The notes beneath the pieces were generated by a model. It was given only the letters and a program-made list of their open reading frames with translations. It made no database searches and was not told where the DNA came from. From Deltaproteobacteria bacterium (GTDB taxonomy: Bacteria; Desulfobacterota; GWC2-55-46), in the NCBI GenBank assembly GCA_016177845.1, contig JACOUO010000011.1, positions 128,326 to 192,325 of the forward strand: a DNA stretch of 64,000 bases, given 5' to 3'. Position 1 is the stretch's first letter. Each line of letters begins with the position of its first letter. Positions 53,407 to 63,963 of this stretch are shown in pieces. The position numbers and the translations under genes are program-made.

Positions 53407-54414
53407 ATGATGAAGATCGCCGTCTTTGAGGTCGAGGAGTGGGAAAGGCCTGTCTTTGAAAGGGTGGACTCAGGCCATGAGATAAAATTCACATCTGATA
53501 AGCTTACCCTTGCAAATGCCGATGAGTTCTCCGATGCAGAAGTCCTCTCTACATTCATCTATTCTACCCTCAATTCCGCCATATTAAGTAAATTTACTAA
53601 ACTCAAGCTCATTGCTACCCGCTCCACGGGGTTTGACCATGTGGATGCGGTTTACTGTAAAGAGCATGGCATAATGGTGGCCAATGTGCCGACATACGGG
53701 GAAAATACCGTTGCCGAGCATGTCTTCGCCCTTATCCTCTCAATCAGCCATAACATGGTAGAGTCCATTGAAAGGACGCGGAAAGGTGATTTTTCACTTC
53801 AGGGGCTTAAGGGGTTTGACATAAGGGGAAAGACCCTTGGGGTCTTTGGCACAGGGCACATCGGCAGGTGCGTAATCGAGATAGCCAAAGGCTTCCGAAT
53901 GGATGTGCTTGCCTTTGACCTATACCCGAACCTGGAGTATGCGGCAGACCTTGGCTTCAGGTACGGGACAGTTGAAGAGGTGCTGTCGAAATCCGATATC
54001 ATCACTCTCCATCTGCCCGCAAATGCCGCAACGCATAACTTCCTCTCGGCTCCCCAGTTCGAGATGATGAAAAAAGGTGTAGTCATCATAAATACCGGCA
54101 GGGGTACTCTTATTGACATACACGCGCTCCTTCACGCTATCGCAGGCGGAAAGGTTGCGGCTGTCGGGCTTGATGTGCTGCCCGAAGAGCCTGTGATAAG
54201 GGAAGAGGCTGAGCTCCTTCGCTCAATCACCCAGAAACTCCCTCTTGAGACCTTGCTTGCCGACCATATACTCCTGAGGCTTAGAAATGTCATTATCACG
54301 CCTCATTCGGCTTTTTATACGAAGGAGGCGGTAGAGCGTATACTTTATACTACCGTTGACAATATAAAATCATTTATAATGGGCAATCCTCAGAATATCG
54401 TAATAGGAAAATAG
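53407..54414 (+). CDS. D-isomer-specific 2-hydroxyacid dehydrogenase (D-lactate dehydrogenase-like)
   Basis: 335 aa with an NAD-binding GVFGTGHIGRCV motif and the catalytic R/E/H triad region. Confidence 0.85.
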   Translation: MMKIAVFEVEEWERPVFERVDSGHEIKFTSDKLTLANADEFSDAEVLSTFIYSTLNSAILSKFTKLKLIATRSTGFDHVDAVYCKEHGIMVANVPTYGENTVAEHVFALILSISHNMVESIERTRKGDFSLQGLKGFDIRGKTLGVFGTGHIGRCVIEIAKGFRMDVLAFDLYPNLEYAADLGFRYGTVEEVLSKSDIITLHLPANAATHNFLSAPQFEMMKKGVVIINTGRGTLIDIHALLHAIAGGKVAAVGLDVLPEEPVIREEAELLRSITQKLPLETLLADHILLRLRNVIITPHSAFYTKEAVERILYTTVDNIKSFIMGNPQNIVIGK

Positions 54415-54434
54415 AAAGGAAATTTTTGTAATTC

Positions 54435-55310
54435 ATGGACACCCTCGTAAAAGGACTTACCGATGAAGGACTCCTGGTATTCGGGCTTGTTGACACGGCT
54501 ACCGTTGAGAAGGCGCGCCTAATACACGGCACATATCCGACTGCCTCCGCTGCCTTGGGCAGGGTTATAAGCGGCTCGCTTCTCCTTGCGTCAACCCTTA
54601 AAGACAATCAGAAAGTCGAGTTGCAGGTTGCAGGCGACGGCCCGTTAAAAGAGATATTCGCTGAAGCTGACCCGCAGGGCAGGGTCAGGGGTTATGTAGC
54701 AAGGCCCCATGTCCAGCTTGAGCTTAAGAATAACAAACTCGATGTAGGCGGAGCAGTCGGAAAAGGCTTTCTGAATGTGCTTAAGAGCCTTGGTGGGCGA
54801 GAGCCTTACAGAGGAACAGTCACACTGCAGACAGGCGAGATTGCCGAAGACCTCGCATATTATCTAAGCACATCCGAGCAGGTGCCTTCAGCGGTTGCCC
54901 TCGGCGTTTATGTTGATACTGATAATTCTGTTAAAGCCGCAGGCGGCTACATGGTGCAGCCTCTGCCGGGCACGCCTGATGAGACCATAGATTACCTTGA
55001 GAACAGGCTTAAAACAGTTCGTCCCGTAAGCTCCATGATACTTGACGGCCTTGGCCCAAAAGAGATAATGAATGAGGCGGTGGGGCTTCCCATAAAGTTT
55101 ATTGATGAGATAAAGGTAAATTACTTCTGCCCATGCAGTAAAAGCAGGGTCTTGGATGCGGTGGCCGCGCTTGGCAAGGCAGATATTGAAGATTACATAA
55201 AAAAAGGCGAATCAGTGGAAGTGACCTGCAGGTTCTGCAAATCTTTTTACAAGATAAACCCCGAAGAGCTTGAAGAACTGCTCAAGAATACGCAGTGGCA
55301 GCCTAAATAA
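54435..55310 (+). CDS. hslO: Redox-regulated chaperone Hsp33
   Basis: 291 aa with a C-terminal zinc centre CPCSK...CRFCKSFY. Confidence 0.9.
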   Translation: MDTLVKGLTDEGLLVFGLVDTATVEKARLIHGTYPTASAALGRVISGSLLLASTLKDNQKVELQVAGDGPLKEIFAEADPQGRVRGYVARPHVQLELKNNKLDVGGAVGKGFLNVLKSLGGREPYRGTVTLQTGEIAEDLAYYLSTSEQVPSAVALGVYVDTDNSVKAAGGYMVQPLPGTPDETIDYLENRLKTVRPVSSMILDGLGPKEIMNEAVGLPIKFIDEIKVNYFCPCSKSRVLDAVAALGKADIEDYIKKGESVEVTCRFCKSFYKINPEELEELLKNTQWQPK

Positions 55311-55314
55311 AAAA

Positions 55315-56139
55315 TCATCCGACAGCTTTTGGAGCTTTTTTAAGGCTTGGGTTTGCCTCGATTGCCTTGTTGTAATGCTCCATTGCCTCAGGCAGGAATG
55401 ACTCAAGCGCCTCTATCCTCTTTTCATCGCTCGGATGGGTGGAGAGAAGCTCAGGGCCGCCTCTTCCTCCTGCCTGCTCTGTCATCCTCTTCCAGAACTC
55501 AACCGCTGACTGCGGGTTATACCCTGCCTTTGCCATTATGATAAGCCCTATCCTGTCAGCCTCTGCCTCCTGCTTGCGGCTGTAAGGCAGCATTATGCCG
55601 ACCTTTGTCCCTATCCCGTAAGCTGAAAGCATGGCTTCCTGCGCGGCAGGGCTTCCGCCCAAAAGCCCCGACATAAGGGCAGCCTTTCCAATAGATATTA
55701 TACTCTGCTGTGAAAGCCTCTCAGCCCCGTGCCTTGCAAGCACATGGGAGACCTCATGCCCCATTACAACCGCGATACCGAACTCATCCTTGCATACGGG
55801 TAATATTCCCGTGTAGAAGGCCACCTTGCCGCCGGGCAGGGCAAAGGCGTTGGCGTCCTTATCTTCGATTACGACGAATTCCCATTGATAGTCAGGCTTG
55901 TCAGCGGCTTTAGCTATCCTTTGGCCGACCTCCTTTATGACGGAGTTTATCTGGGGGTCGCTATTGATGGTTGACTGCGCCTTTATCTGCTCAAAGGTGG
56001 CGTTTCCCATCTGCGTTTCATCTTCCTCAGAGAACATCATCACCTGCGTGCGTTCTGTATAGGGAACCTTCGTGCACCCGAGGGAAAAGACGAACAGCAA
56101 AAGTATTAAATTAAGGATATTCAGCTTTCTTTTAGCCAT
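55315..56139 (-). CDS. M48-family zinc metalloprotease (periplasmic lipoprotein)
   Basis: 274 aa with a lipobox LGCTK, HEVSHV (HExxH) and a downstream Glu. Confidence 0.8.
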   Translation of the reverse strand: MAKRKLNILNLILLLFVFSLGCTKVPYTERTQVMMFSEEDETQMGNATFEQIKAQSTINSDPQINSVIKEVGQRIAKAADKPDYQWEFVVIEDKDANAFALPGGKVAFYTGILPVCKDEFGIAVVMGHEVSHVLARHGAERLSQQSIISIGKAALMSGLLGGSPAAQEAMLSAYGIGTKVGIMLPYSRKQEAEADRIGLIIMAKAGYNPQSAVEFWKRMTEQAGGRGGPELLSTHPSDEKRIEALESFLPEAMEHYNKAIEANPSLKKAPKAVG

Positions 56140-56252
56140 ATATTAATCTTAGCAGAATTGAGAGTAGATGCTTGAGGGTGAATGATTTGGAAATTCGTTT
56201 TACAATTTTGACTCATTAATAATCTCCTTTTATACTTAGAGGGAGGTAAAAC

Positions 56253-57365
56253 ATGAAAGCACTGCTTTGGAACAAGGATAATGGCTCATTTGTATTTTCT
56301 GATTTTCCTGAGCCGCATATCACTGAGCCTGATGAGGTCAAGGCGCGTGTGATAAGTGTCGGCGTGTGCGGCACTGACAGGGAGGTCTTTGCCCAAAAAG
56401 GGTATCTGCCTCCTGAAGGCAGACATGACCTTATAATCGGGCATGAATCACTGGCTGAGGTGGTTGAGGTAGGAGCAGATGTGAAGGGCCTAAGGACAGG
56501 CGATTATGTGACCTTTACCGTCCGCAGGGGCTGTGACAGGTGCATCCCTTGCAGGACAGGGCGGCCTGATATGTGCGCGACAGGCGGCTATAAAGAGCGC
56601 GGGCTTGATTATATGGACGGTTTCAGCTCTGAGTTCGTAGTCGATAGCCAGATAAACTGCATAAAAGTACCTGTTGAATTGAGAAATCTTGGAGTCCTTT
56701 GCGAGCCCCTTTCGGCAATAGAAAAGGCGCTTCAGGAGATAGAAAGGGCACAGGAGCGTCTGCCTGAGTCAATAACGGAAGTCAATTGGTTCCAGGGCAG
56801 AAGGTGCCTGATTTTGGGGCTCGGCACTATAGGTCTTCTGGCCTCAGTCGCCCTTACTCTAAGGGGGGCTTCTGTTTACGGGCTCGATATAGTGGATGAG
56901 AGCAGCTCAAGGCCTGTCTGGTTCAAAGGCATCGGCGGGCAATATATAAATGAGAAAAAAACGAGATTGGAAAACCTCACCGGGCTTGCAGGCGGCAATT
57001 TCGGGCTGATATTTCAGGCTGCGGGGGTCCCTGATATTTCACTTGAACTGCTTAAAACACTCGGCTCTAACGGGGCGTTCGTATTTTTCTCCGCCGGAGG
57101 CAAAGGCAATATATCAGTAGCAGGAGGCGAGCTGATAAGAAACATCATCGATAATAACCAGACCATTATCGGGGCTGTCAGTTCTTCAAGGGCGCACTTC
57201 GAGCTTGCGGTAAGAGACCTGCAGGCCTCACAACTTAGATGGGGAAGGCATATGGACGGATTGATAACCCATTGCTACCATCCTTCAGAATTAGGGGAGG
57301 TGATAAAAACACACCCGCCTGATGAGATAAAGGCAGTGATTGACTGGAGCGCGCTCAGGAGTTAA
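56253..57365 (+). CDS. Zinc-dependent medium-chain dehydrogenase/reductase (glucose/threonine dehydrogenase-like)
   Basis: 370 aa. ...GVCGTDREVF...GHESLAEVVEVG... contains the catalytic Zn ligands. It also has a Rossmann GLGTIGL motif. Confidence 0.75.
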   Translation: MKALLWNKDNGSFVFSDFPEPHITEPDEVKARVISVGVCGTDREVFAQKGYLPPEGRHDLIIGHESLAEVVEVGADVKGLRTGDYVTFTVRRGCDRCIPCRTGRPDMCATGGYKERGLDYMDGFSSEFVVDSQINCIKVPVELRNLGVLCEPLSAIEKALQEIERAQERLPESITEVNWFQGRRCLILGLGTIGLLASVALTLRGASVYGLDIVDESSSRPVWFKGIGGQYINEKKTRLENLTGLAGGNFGLIFQAAGVPDISLELLKTLGSNGAFVFFSAGGKGNISVAGGELIRNIIDNNQTIIGAVSSSRAHFELAVRDLQASQLRWGRHMDGLITHCYHPSELGEVIKTHPPDEIKAVIDWSALRS

Positions 57366-58756
57366 TCGCTGTTCTTCTTCAGTGATTTTACCGTAATATA
57401 TCCTGCGACAAAAAAGGCGAGGGGAGTTACCGAGAGCAGATTCCTGTTTGTAGCCATGCGGTTTAAGACAAATTCAAAATCGAATGTAGCTGTGTAAACA
57501 AAAAGATATCCCGATATCGCAAGCACGATTATCAAAAAAAGATATTTGATATTGGTATTAAGGAGCGTCTTAAAACCGAGGACAGAGACAAGGGCGAGAA
57601 AAGCAAAGATAAGCCCGTGGTCAACGCTTAAAAATAATTCCCTGAAAAATACGGGCCAGACCTCAAAGTGAAATGTCGGGCTCCACATGAGCGCGCCTGA
57701 TTCGTCAGCCCCTCCTATGCCTGTGCCGTAGCCATGCCCGAACCCAAGCCCGTAATGGCTTTTAAAGATAAACCACGGAAGAAGATACAAAAGGGCCGGC
57801 AGGCCGAAATAAATGAGCCCCTTCCATTTGTATTTCTTCTCAATGACATTAAACGCAAGCAGGGCCAAGCCTGCTGAGAGCAGATGTATCATGCCGTCGC
57901 TTTTGGTAAAACCGGCCATGGCAAAGAAAAGCCCTGAAAGAGGAAGTAAGTTCATCTCATCATGTTCCATGTATCTGAAAAGCAATATGGAACCCGCAAG
58001 GACATTGTACGATAGCGCAAGGTCTGAGTATGCCTCAAAGGAATGGAAGATGAGCAGGGGAGCGGCAGAGACGAAGAAAACGGCGATGAGACCTGCCAAA
58101 AGCCCGCCTTCTTTTTTTATGGCGGTAAAGATTAGCCCGAAAACGCTGATTAAATACAGAGGGGCCCATGCTTTCATAAGGCTTTCATGAAATTCGCCTA
58201 AAAATTCAGATATCCATATCTGGTGCATGAATGTAAGCAGGGGATACCCGAGAATGACCCTGTAGCCTTTACCGAAGAAGTGCTCATCAGCCGGGTCGTC
58301 AATCATCAGGCCTTGATTGTAGTAAAAGAGCTTTGCGCTCCTGTTCCACCATGAGTCCTGCGACATAACAGGCCTGTTGAAGCCTTCGTAAAGGACAATG
58401 GAGACCCTGAAGGCAATCCACGCGATAAGCAGTATTATCAGGATATTTGCGTACATGTCTCGTTTTTCAGAAGGGTTTTTTACTGTATTTTCATGACTTC
58501 CGCGGTACAGGAAGTTCAATATCAACAGTATTGCAAGCGTTACTCCAAGCAGTACCAGTGTAGCCTGAAAAGAATACGGGATACCGAATGCGCCCTGGCA
58601 GAAAAGGCCGAGCGAAAGTATGCCAAAGCCCATCCCGTAGCCTATGAAAATTTTTTCGGCAAGGCTCTGGTCACGCCTTGCGTTCAGAAGCGAGACGAGC
58701 AAAAAGCCCGCGAGGGTCGGAAAGACAAGGGCTGCTGTCAGTTTTATCCACAACAT
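57362..58756 (-). CDS. Polytopic membrane protein of unknown function (possibly GT-C-like)
   Basis: 464 aa with >=11 predicted TM helices. It is co-oriented and contiguous with two further membrane-protein genes. Confidence 0.45.
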   Translation of the reverse strand: MLWIKLTAALVFPTLAGFLLVSLLNARRDQSLAEKIFIGYGMGFGILSLGLFCQGAFGIPYSFQATLVLLGVTLAILLILNFLYRGSHENTVKNPSEKRDMYANILIILLIAWIAFRVSIVLYEGFNRPVMSQDSWWNRSAKLFYYNQGLMIDDPADEHFFGKGYRVILGYPLLTFMHQIWISEFLGEFHESLMKAWAPLYLISVFGLIFTAIKKEGGLLAGLIAVFFVSAAPLLIFHSFEAYSDLALSYNVLAGSILLFRYMEHDEMNLLPLSGLFFAMAGFTKSDGMIHLLSAGLALLAFNVIEKKYKWKGLIYFGLPALLYLLPWFIFKSHYGLGFGHGYGTGIGGADESGALMWSPTFHFEVWPVFFRELFLSVDHGLIFAFLALVSVLGFKTLLNTNIKYLFLIIVLAISGYLFVYTATFDFEFVLNRMATNRNLLSVTPLAFFVAGYITVKSLKKNSD

Positions 58757-59404
58757 CTAATTATCATCCATTATTTTGAATATGTATGCCCCGCTCCTGT
58801 AAGTTGCAAAGAGGCGGGCTTTGAAAACTGAATCGTTCACCCGTAAAATGTTTGTCTCAGGGTCGTACGAAGCGACTGAAAAATCATATACCCAGATGTA
58901 TCTGCCTTTGTTGGATATCATTTTTGGCAGGAGATAATAATTCCCAAGTTTCGTAAGGGTGTGGCTTAAGTCCCACGGGTCTATTTTAATCTCTCTTACC
59001 TGTTCACCTTCGGGGACTGTCTTTCTTACAAAGTCCATGAAATATTTCAGGTCAAAACCTGAAGAGGCGGCAATCCTTTCGTCAATATCCTTGCCGGAAA
59101 ACATCTTTACATCTTTTTTAAACATGGTAAGCCAGTTAAGGTCCATCCTGAGCCCGAAGAGAACACCTGCGAGCATGAATGATACAATGGCGCATTTTGC
59201 GAAATTCTGCTTTGAAAATTGCCTTTTTATAAGAATGGCGGCAATGAAGATCAAAGCCGCTACGGTGAATATGAGTAATGTAAAAGTTATCGGATTGGAA
59301 AGCGGGGGAGAAATATAGTTTATCGTAGAGCCCTTGATGAACTTGGTGTCCCAGAACTCTTGCCAAAGCCCCTGGAATTGAGTGGAGGAAAGTGTTTGCA
59401 GCAT
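58757..59404 (-). CDS. Membrane-anchored hypothetical protein (2 TM + C-terminal soluble domain)
   Basis: 215 aa. No recognisable motifs. Its stop/start abuts the neighbouring membrane-protein genes. Confidence 0.4.
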   Translation of the reverse strand: MLQTLSSTQFQGLWQEFWDTKFIKGSTINYISPPLSNPITFTLLIFTVAALIFIAAILIKRQFSKQNFAKCAIVSFMLAGVLFGLRMDLNWLTMFKKDVKMFSGKDIDERIAASSGFDLKYFMDFVRKTVPEGEQVREIKIDPWDLSHTLTKLGNYYLLPKMISNKGRYIWVYDFSVASYDPETNILRVNDSVFKARLFATYRSGAYIFKIMDDN

Positions 59405-59494
59405 AAAAAAACCTGAGTTTTCAGCTTATGGATTTGACATCGACAGCAAGGAATTATATCAGGTTAAATCAAGGTAAGGCAATATTAATATCTA

Positions 59495-61012
59495 CTACGA
59501 TTTTGAGTTCTTCCGCCCCGTTATTTTTGAGACTAATCTTATGGAGTAGGGGACGAAGTAAATGAAAAGAAAGAACTGTATCCATAATGTGGGAATCTTA
59601 TATCTCTGCACAGGATGGGGGACAATGAACGCAAGCATCAGGTAGTTGGTGATTAAAAATGATGCGAGGAAAAATATCTTAAAGAGTTCCTCTTTGTTTT
59701 TCTCCTGAACAAAATAGGATAAGGCGCCAAAAGCCAGTAAGAAAGTCAGCAGGCCTGCAACCGCAGGCTTTGCCATGAAGGTTTCAATTTTTCCGTAGCC
59801 TCTAATGAGGCTTCCTAATGTGTATGCGCCCACCCTGTCAGCCTGTTTTGAATATAACCTGTATTCCCATGCCTTGACCTTGATATAGCCTCCGAGGTTA
59901 CTGATGCTGGAGCTTACATAATCAAGAGGGTTTGAAAGTATGGCTTCCTTTGCTATTGCCAGCACTATCCTGTCAGCAGTATTGATATCGCACTGAAGCT
60001 CCCTTAAGAGGTCATGGGTGCTGAAGTAATCCGACCCCACAGCATGCGAGCCGTAGAACGAGTCCGCGCTTGCCGCCACTTCAAGGTACTGTTTTTTTGT
60101 ATCTTCGGGTATTTCGCAGCGGATGTTTACGATGAGCTTATAGCCGCCGAGGAAGTTCGCGTACCAGGCCTGCCCATAATCCTGAAGAAGCTCTGCCCTG
60201 TATTGCTTGAATTCGCGCTTCAGTTCAGGCTGCAGGTCTGAGTCCATATCCATGTATTCGGCTGTCTTTATAAGCATATTGACGCCGAATACCCCTACAG
60301 GCTCACCCTTAAACCCGTACTTCCATTCCGAATAATGCTGAAAGCCCGCATTGAGCGCGAAAAAAACCGCAATGTAGAGGGCTGCGGCCTTGGCTGTATT
60401 CAATGCGCCGTCTTGTTTTTTAATGAGCCTGTATAAGAACTGCAGGCTCAAAAAGCCGAAAACCAGGACCAAAAAGATGTTTGCAGTAGGCCTGATAATC
60501 AAGGCTAAAAAGGTGGCAATGGCAAGAGGCGCCATCAGATAGACCTTGCCCGATGAGAAAAACTTCAATATCAGGTACGCGCCTATAAGGATGAAGAAGT
60601 GGCTGAGGAAATCTGAAAGGATAGCGCGCTCAAAGATTAAAAATGTGCCTGCGAGATTTATGCACAGGGCAGCGGCAGCCGCAGTTAACCTGTTTTTAAA
60701 GAATTGCCTGAAGATGAGATAATAGATAAAATATGTGAATGCCCCAAGAAAGTTCTGTGCATAGATAACATAAGTGCGGTCTGTGCTGTCGAATATATTG
60801 TAGATGTAAGAGATAAAGAGAGGATAACCGAGAGGCCGGGTCGGAAGTGTTATCGGAAGCCCGTTGTAGACCTGAAGCGCGAACAGTTCGTATGTTTCGG
60901 AGTCCGGCAATTCAATAAGGCCGAGATAAGAGCAGAGAATAACCCTTACAATAACGGCTATCGAAAAGAATGCAAAATGGATGTACAGGTTTTTAAGCTC
61001 AGGTGTTTTCAT
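59495..61012 (-). CDS. GT-C-fold glycosyltransferase-like membrane protein (ArnT/PMT family 39/83-like)
   Basis: ~505 aa with multiple TM helices. The first periplasmic loop carries ELPDSETYELFALQVYNG, resembling the DE-x-x-Y-A motif of ArnT/PMT enzymes. Start chosen at MKTPELKNLYIHFAFF. The six-frame ORF extends to 61096. Confidence 0.5.
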   Translation of the reverse strand: MKTPELKNLYIHFAFFSIAVIVRVILCSYLGLIELPDSETYELFALQVYNGLPITLPTRPLGYPLFISYIYNIFDSTDRTYVIYAQNFLGAFTYFIYYLIFRQFFKNRLTAAAAALCINLAGTFLIFERAILSDFLSHFFILIGAYLILKFFSSGKVYLMAPLAIATFLALIIRPTANIFLVLVFGFLSLQFLYRLIKKQDGALNTAKAAALYIAVFFALNAGFQHYSEWKYGFKGEPVGVFGVNMLIKTAEYMDMDSDLQPELKREFKQYRAELLQDYGQAWYANFLGGYKLIVNIRCEIPEDTKKQYLEVAASADSFYGSHAVGSDYFSTHDLLRELQCDINTADRIVLAIAKEAILSNPLDYVSSSISNLGGYIKVKAWEYRLYSKQADRVGAYTLGSLIRGYGKIETFMAKPAVAGLLTFLLAFGALSYFVQEKNKEELFKIFFLASFLITNYLMLAFIVPHPVQRYKIPTLWIQFFLFIYFVPYSIRLVSKITGRKNSKS

Positions 61013-61162
61013 ATGAATGAAATTCAATAAACAGATAATAATATTTTGGAATTTCAGAGTCAATCTATATTCATGCGAGCTTAAACGGAATAACACCTTT
61101 ACTTCATGGCAGTTCCTTTGATATATTGACCGGCCCGAATTTTTCAGACTGAAAGGATAATA

Positions 61163-63307
61163 ATGAGCAGTGATTTTTTCCAGAAGATAGCAGGAGAACT
61201 TAATCTTACGGCGGCACAGGTCAAGGCTACGGCGGCATTGCTTGACGAAGGCTCAACCGTTCCATTTATCGCCAGATACAGGAAAGAGGCGACGGGCTCT
61301 CTTGATGAAGTGCTAATAACCGCTATACGCGACAGGCTCACCCAGTTGAAAGAGCTTGAGAAGAGGCGTGAGGCGATAATTAAATCCCTTGAAGAGATGG
61401 GCAAGCTCACAGATGAGCTTAAGGAAAAGGTCTTTGCAGCCGAGACCATGTCCGCGCTCGAAGATGTCTATCTGCCTTATCGCCCCAAGAGGCGCACAAA
61501 GGCGACAATTGCCAGGGAAAAAGGTCTTGAGCCTCTTGCCCAAAAGATTTTTGAACAGGCAGGGATTGACCCTTGTGCAGAGGCGCAGGGCTTTGTGGAT
61601 GCTGAAAAAGGCGTTGAGACAGTGCAAGACGCTCTCACAGGGGCTCGCCACATCATAGCCGAGTGGGTAAATGAGGACCAGAAAGCAAGGGCGCTGTTGC
61701 GCGAGTTTTTCTTTTCCAAAGGGACTTTCAGGACAAAGGCAATCGCGACAGAGGATGAGGCCGCGCTTAAGTACAAGGATTATTTTGACTGGGAAGAGCC
61801 TATAAATAAAGCCCCCTCACACAGGGTTCTTGCAATGAGGCGAGGTGAAAAGGAAGGATTTTTAAGCCTTAATATCGCCCCTCCGGAAGATGAGGCAATC
61901 AGCCTTCTTGATTCCCTGTTCGTAAAGGGAGCAGGGGAAGATTCAAATCAGGTGCGCCTCTCTGTCAATGACAGCTACAAAAGGTTGCTGTCCATATCAA
62001 TGGAGATAGAGATCCGTTTGGCGACAAAAAAGCGGGCCGATGAAGAGGCAATAAAGGTCTTTGCGGATAACCTCCGCCAGCTCCTGCTTGCCCCGCCTCT
62101 GGGGCAGAAAAATGTCCTTGCAATCGACCCGGGATTCCGTACAGGCTGCAAGGTAGTCTGCCTCAACAGGCAAGGTAAACTGCTCCATACCGATCTTATT
62201 TCCCCCCATTTATCAGCGGGAGAGACCGCAAGGGCCGCTGATAAGGTAAAGGAACTCTGCCAAAAATTTGAGGTCGAGGCTATTGCCATAGGAAACGGCA
62301 CTGCAGGCAGGGAAACTGAGGAGTTTATCAGAAAAATGGGCCTGCCCGGCAATATCCAGACAGTGATGGTGAATGAGAGCGGGGCCTCCATATATTCCGC
62401 TTCCAAGGTCGCCCGTGAAGAATTCCCTGACCATGACATAACCGTGAGAGGCTCTGTATCAATAGGCAGACGCCTGATGGACCCGCTTGCCGAACTTGTT
62501 AAAATAGACCCGAAGTCAATAGGCGTGGGTCAATACCAGCACGATGTCGATCAGACAGGATTGAAGCAGAGCCTTGATGATGTTGTCATAAGCTGCGTAA
62601 GCGGCGTAGGCGTTGAGGTAAATACTGCGAGCAAACAGCTTCTGCAGTATATCTCAGGGCTTGGGCCACAGCTTGCAGAAAATATCGTTGAGTACAGGAA
62701 TGAGCACGGGCCTTTCAGGTCAAGGAAAGACTTCAGGGAGGTAGCTAAACTCGGGCCTAAGGCGTTTGAGCAGGCAGCAGGATTCCTGCGCATAAGGGAT
62801 GGGGGAGACCCGCTTGACGCAAGCGCGGTACACCCTGAAAGCTATCATGTGGTCGATGCCATTGCCAAAGATAAAGGATGCACGGTGCAGGACCTTATGA
62901 GCAACAGCGAGCTTCGCAGCAGCATTGACCTCAAAAAGTATGTAACTGACAAGGTCGGGCTTCCTACTTTGGAAGATATCATGAAAGAACTGGCGAAGCC
63001 CGGAAGGGACCCGAGGGAGACTTTCGAGAGCTTCAGGTTCCAGGAAGGCATAGAAAAGATAGAGGATGTAAAGGCAGGCATGCGGCTGCCCGGAATAGTG
63101 ACCAATGTGACGGCATTCGGGGCCTTTGTCGATATCGGGGTGCATCAGGACGGCCTTGTCCATATAAGCCAGCTTTCGGACAAGTTCATAAAAAATCCCA
63201 ATGACGCGGTCAAGGTACAGCAGAAAGTCATGGTCACAGTGCTTGAAGTGGATTTGAAAAGGAACAGGATATCGCTTTCAATGAAAAAAGGGGCGCAAGC
63301 TGTTTAA
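61163..63307 (+). CDS. tex: Transcription accessory protein Tex (YqgF/HhH/S1 domains)
   Basis: 714 aa, N-terminus ...AAQVKATAALLDEGSTVPFIARYRKE. It carries a C-terminal S1 domain ...GMRLPGIVTNVTAFGAFVDIGVHQDGLVHISQL. Confidence 0.9.
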   Translation: MSSDFFQKIAGELNLTAAQVKATAALLDEGSTVPFIARYRKEATGSLDEVLITAIRDRLTQLKELEKRREAIIKSLEEMGKLTDELKEKVFAAETMSALEDVYLPYRPKRRTKATIAREKGLEPLAQKIFEQAGIDPCAEAQGFVDAEKGVETVQDALTGARHIIAEWVNEDQKARALLREFFFSKGTFRTKAIATEDEAALKYKDYFDWEEPINKAPSHRVLAMRRGEKEGFLSLNIAPPEDEAISLLDSLFVKGAGEDSNQVRLSVNDSYKRLLSISMEIEIRLATKKRADEEAIKVFADNLRQLLLAPPLGQKNVLAIDPGFRTGCKVVCLNRQGKLLHTDLISPHLSAGETARAADKVKELCQKFEVEAIAIGNGTAGRETEEFIRKMGLPGNIQTVMVNESGASIYSASKVAREEFPDHDITVRGSVSIGRRLMDPLAELVKIDPKSIGVGQYQHDVDQTGLKQSLDDVVISCVSGVGVEVNTASKQLLQYISGLGPQLAENIVEYRNEHGPFRSRKDFREVAKLGPKAFEQAAGFLRIRDGGDPLDASAVHPESYHVVDAIAKDKGCTVQDLMSNSELRSSIDLKKYVTDKVGLPTLEDIMKELAKPGRDPRETFESFRFQEGIEKIEDVKAGMRLPGIVTNVTAFGAFVDIGVHQDGLVHISQLSDKFIKNPNDAVKVQQKVMVTVLEVDLKRNRISLSMKKGAQAV

Positions 63308-63478
63308 AAGATCGAGAGAGGCGCGCTTGAAAATTAATTCTGTTTTTTTGAATTTTAGGATTGACATCAGATATCTTTTTTGAGACTATTATAAAGTTTT
63401 CTGTGGGTATTTCCTGAGTTGCAAATGCTCAGGAAGTACCTGAAAACTTCCTGTAAATCAATAGTTACTTTCCTAATT

Positions 63479-63555
63479 GCCCCCGTAGCTCAGGTGGATA
63501 GAGCAACGGATTCCTAATCCGTGTGCCGGACGTTCGAATCGTCTCGGGGGCACCA
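63479..63555 (+). tRNA. tRNA-Arg (anticodon CCT), CCA encoded
   Basis: Cloverleaf read directly from the sequence:
- acceptor stem GCCCCCG/CGGGGGC;
- D-arm GCTCAGGTGGATAGAGC;
- anticodon stem ACGGA/TCCGT with loop TTCCTAA;
- T-arm GGACGTTCGAATCGTCT;
- 3' terminal ACCA. Confidence 0.85.
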
Positions 63556-63963
63556 CTTTTTCCTCTGAATCGCTACTTTTTCATCCCCATTTATCTCTTC
63601 TGCTTTGTAGTTGTTGACCGCCCTTGGGGTCAATGATATATTGAAGTCAGGAGATATCTCATGGACAGCCGCTGTAAATTCCTTGTAATTACCAAAGATG
63701 AGAAGAACGAATCCATAACCAAATGGTCTTGTTATAATCAATACGAGAGCAGGAACCTTATTCAGCAATGCTTACTTAAAAAAGGATATTGCAGATATCC
63801 GATTGGGCCGTTCCCGCCTGAAAATGAACCTGTTGAAAGCGAACCAAAAGAAGATAAATAGGTACCAAGCCTGTTTATTCCTTTAAAGCAATCCTTTAAA
63901 GCCCTTCCGAAAAACCTGCTAAATATCATTGTTTTTACCTTTTTTTGTGCTAAAATCCGTTGC

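Noticed and set aside
63514-63768. 84-aa minus-strand ORF
   Set aside because: It overlaps the tRNA-Arg gene on the opposite strand and has no SD. It is spurious.
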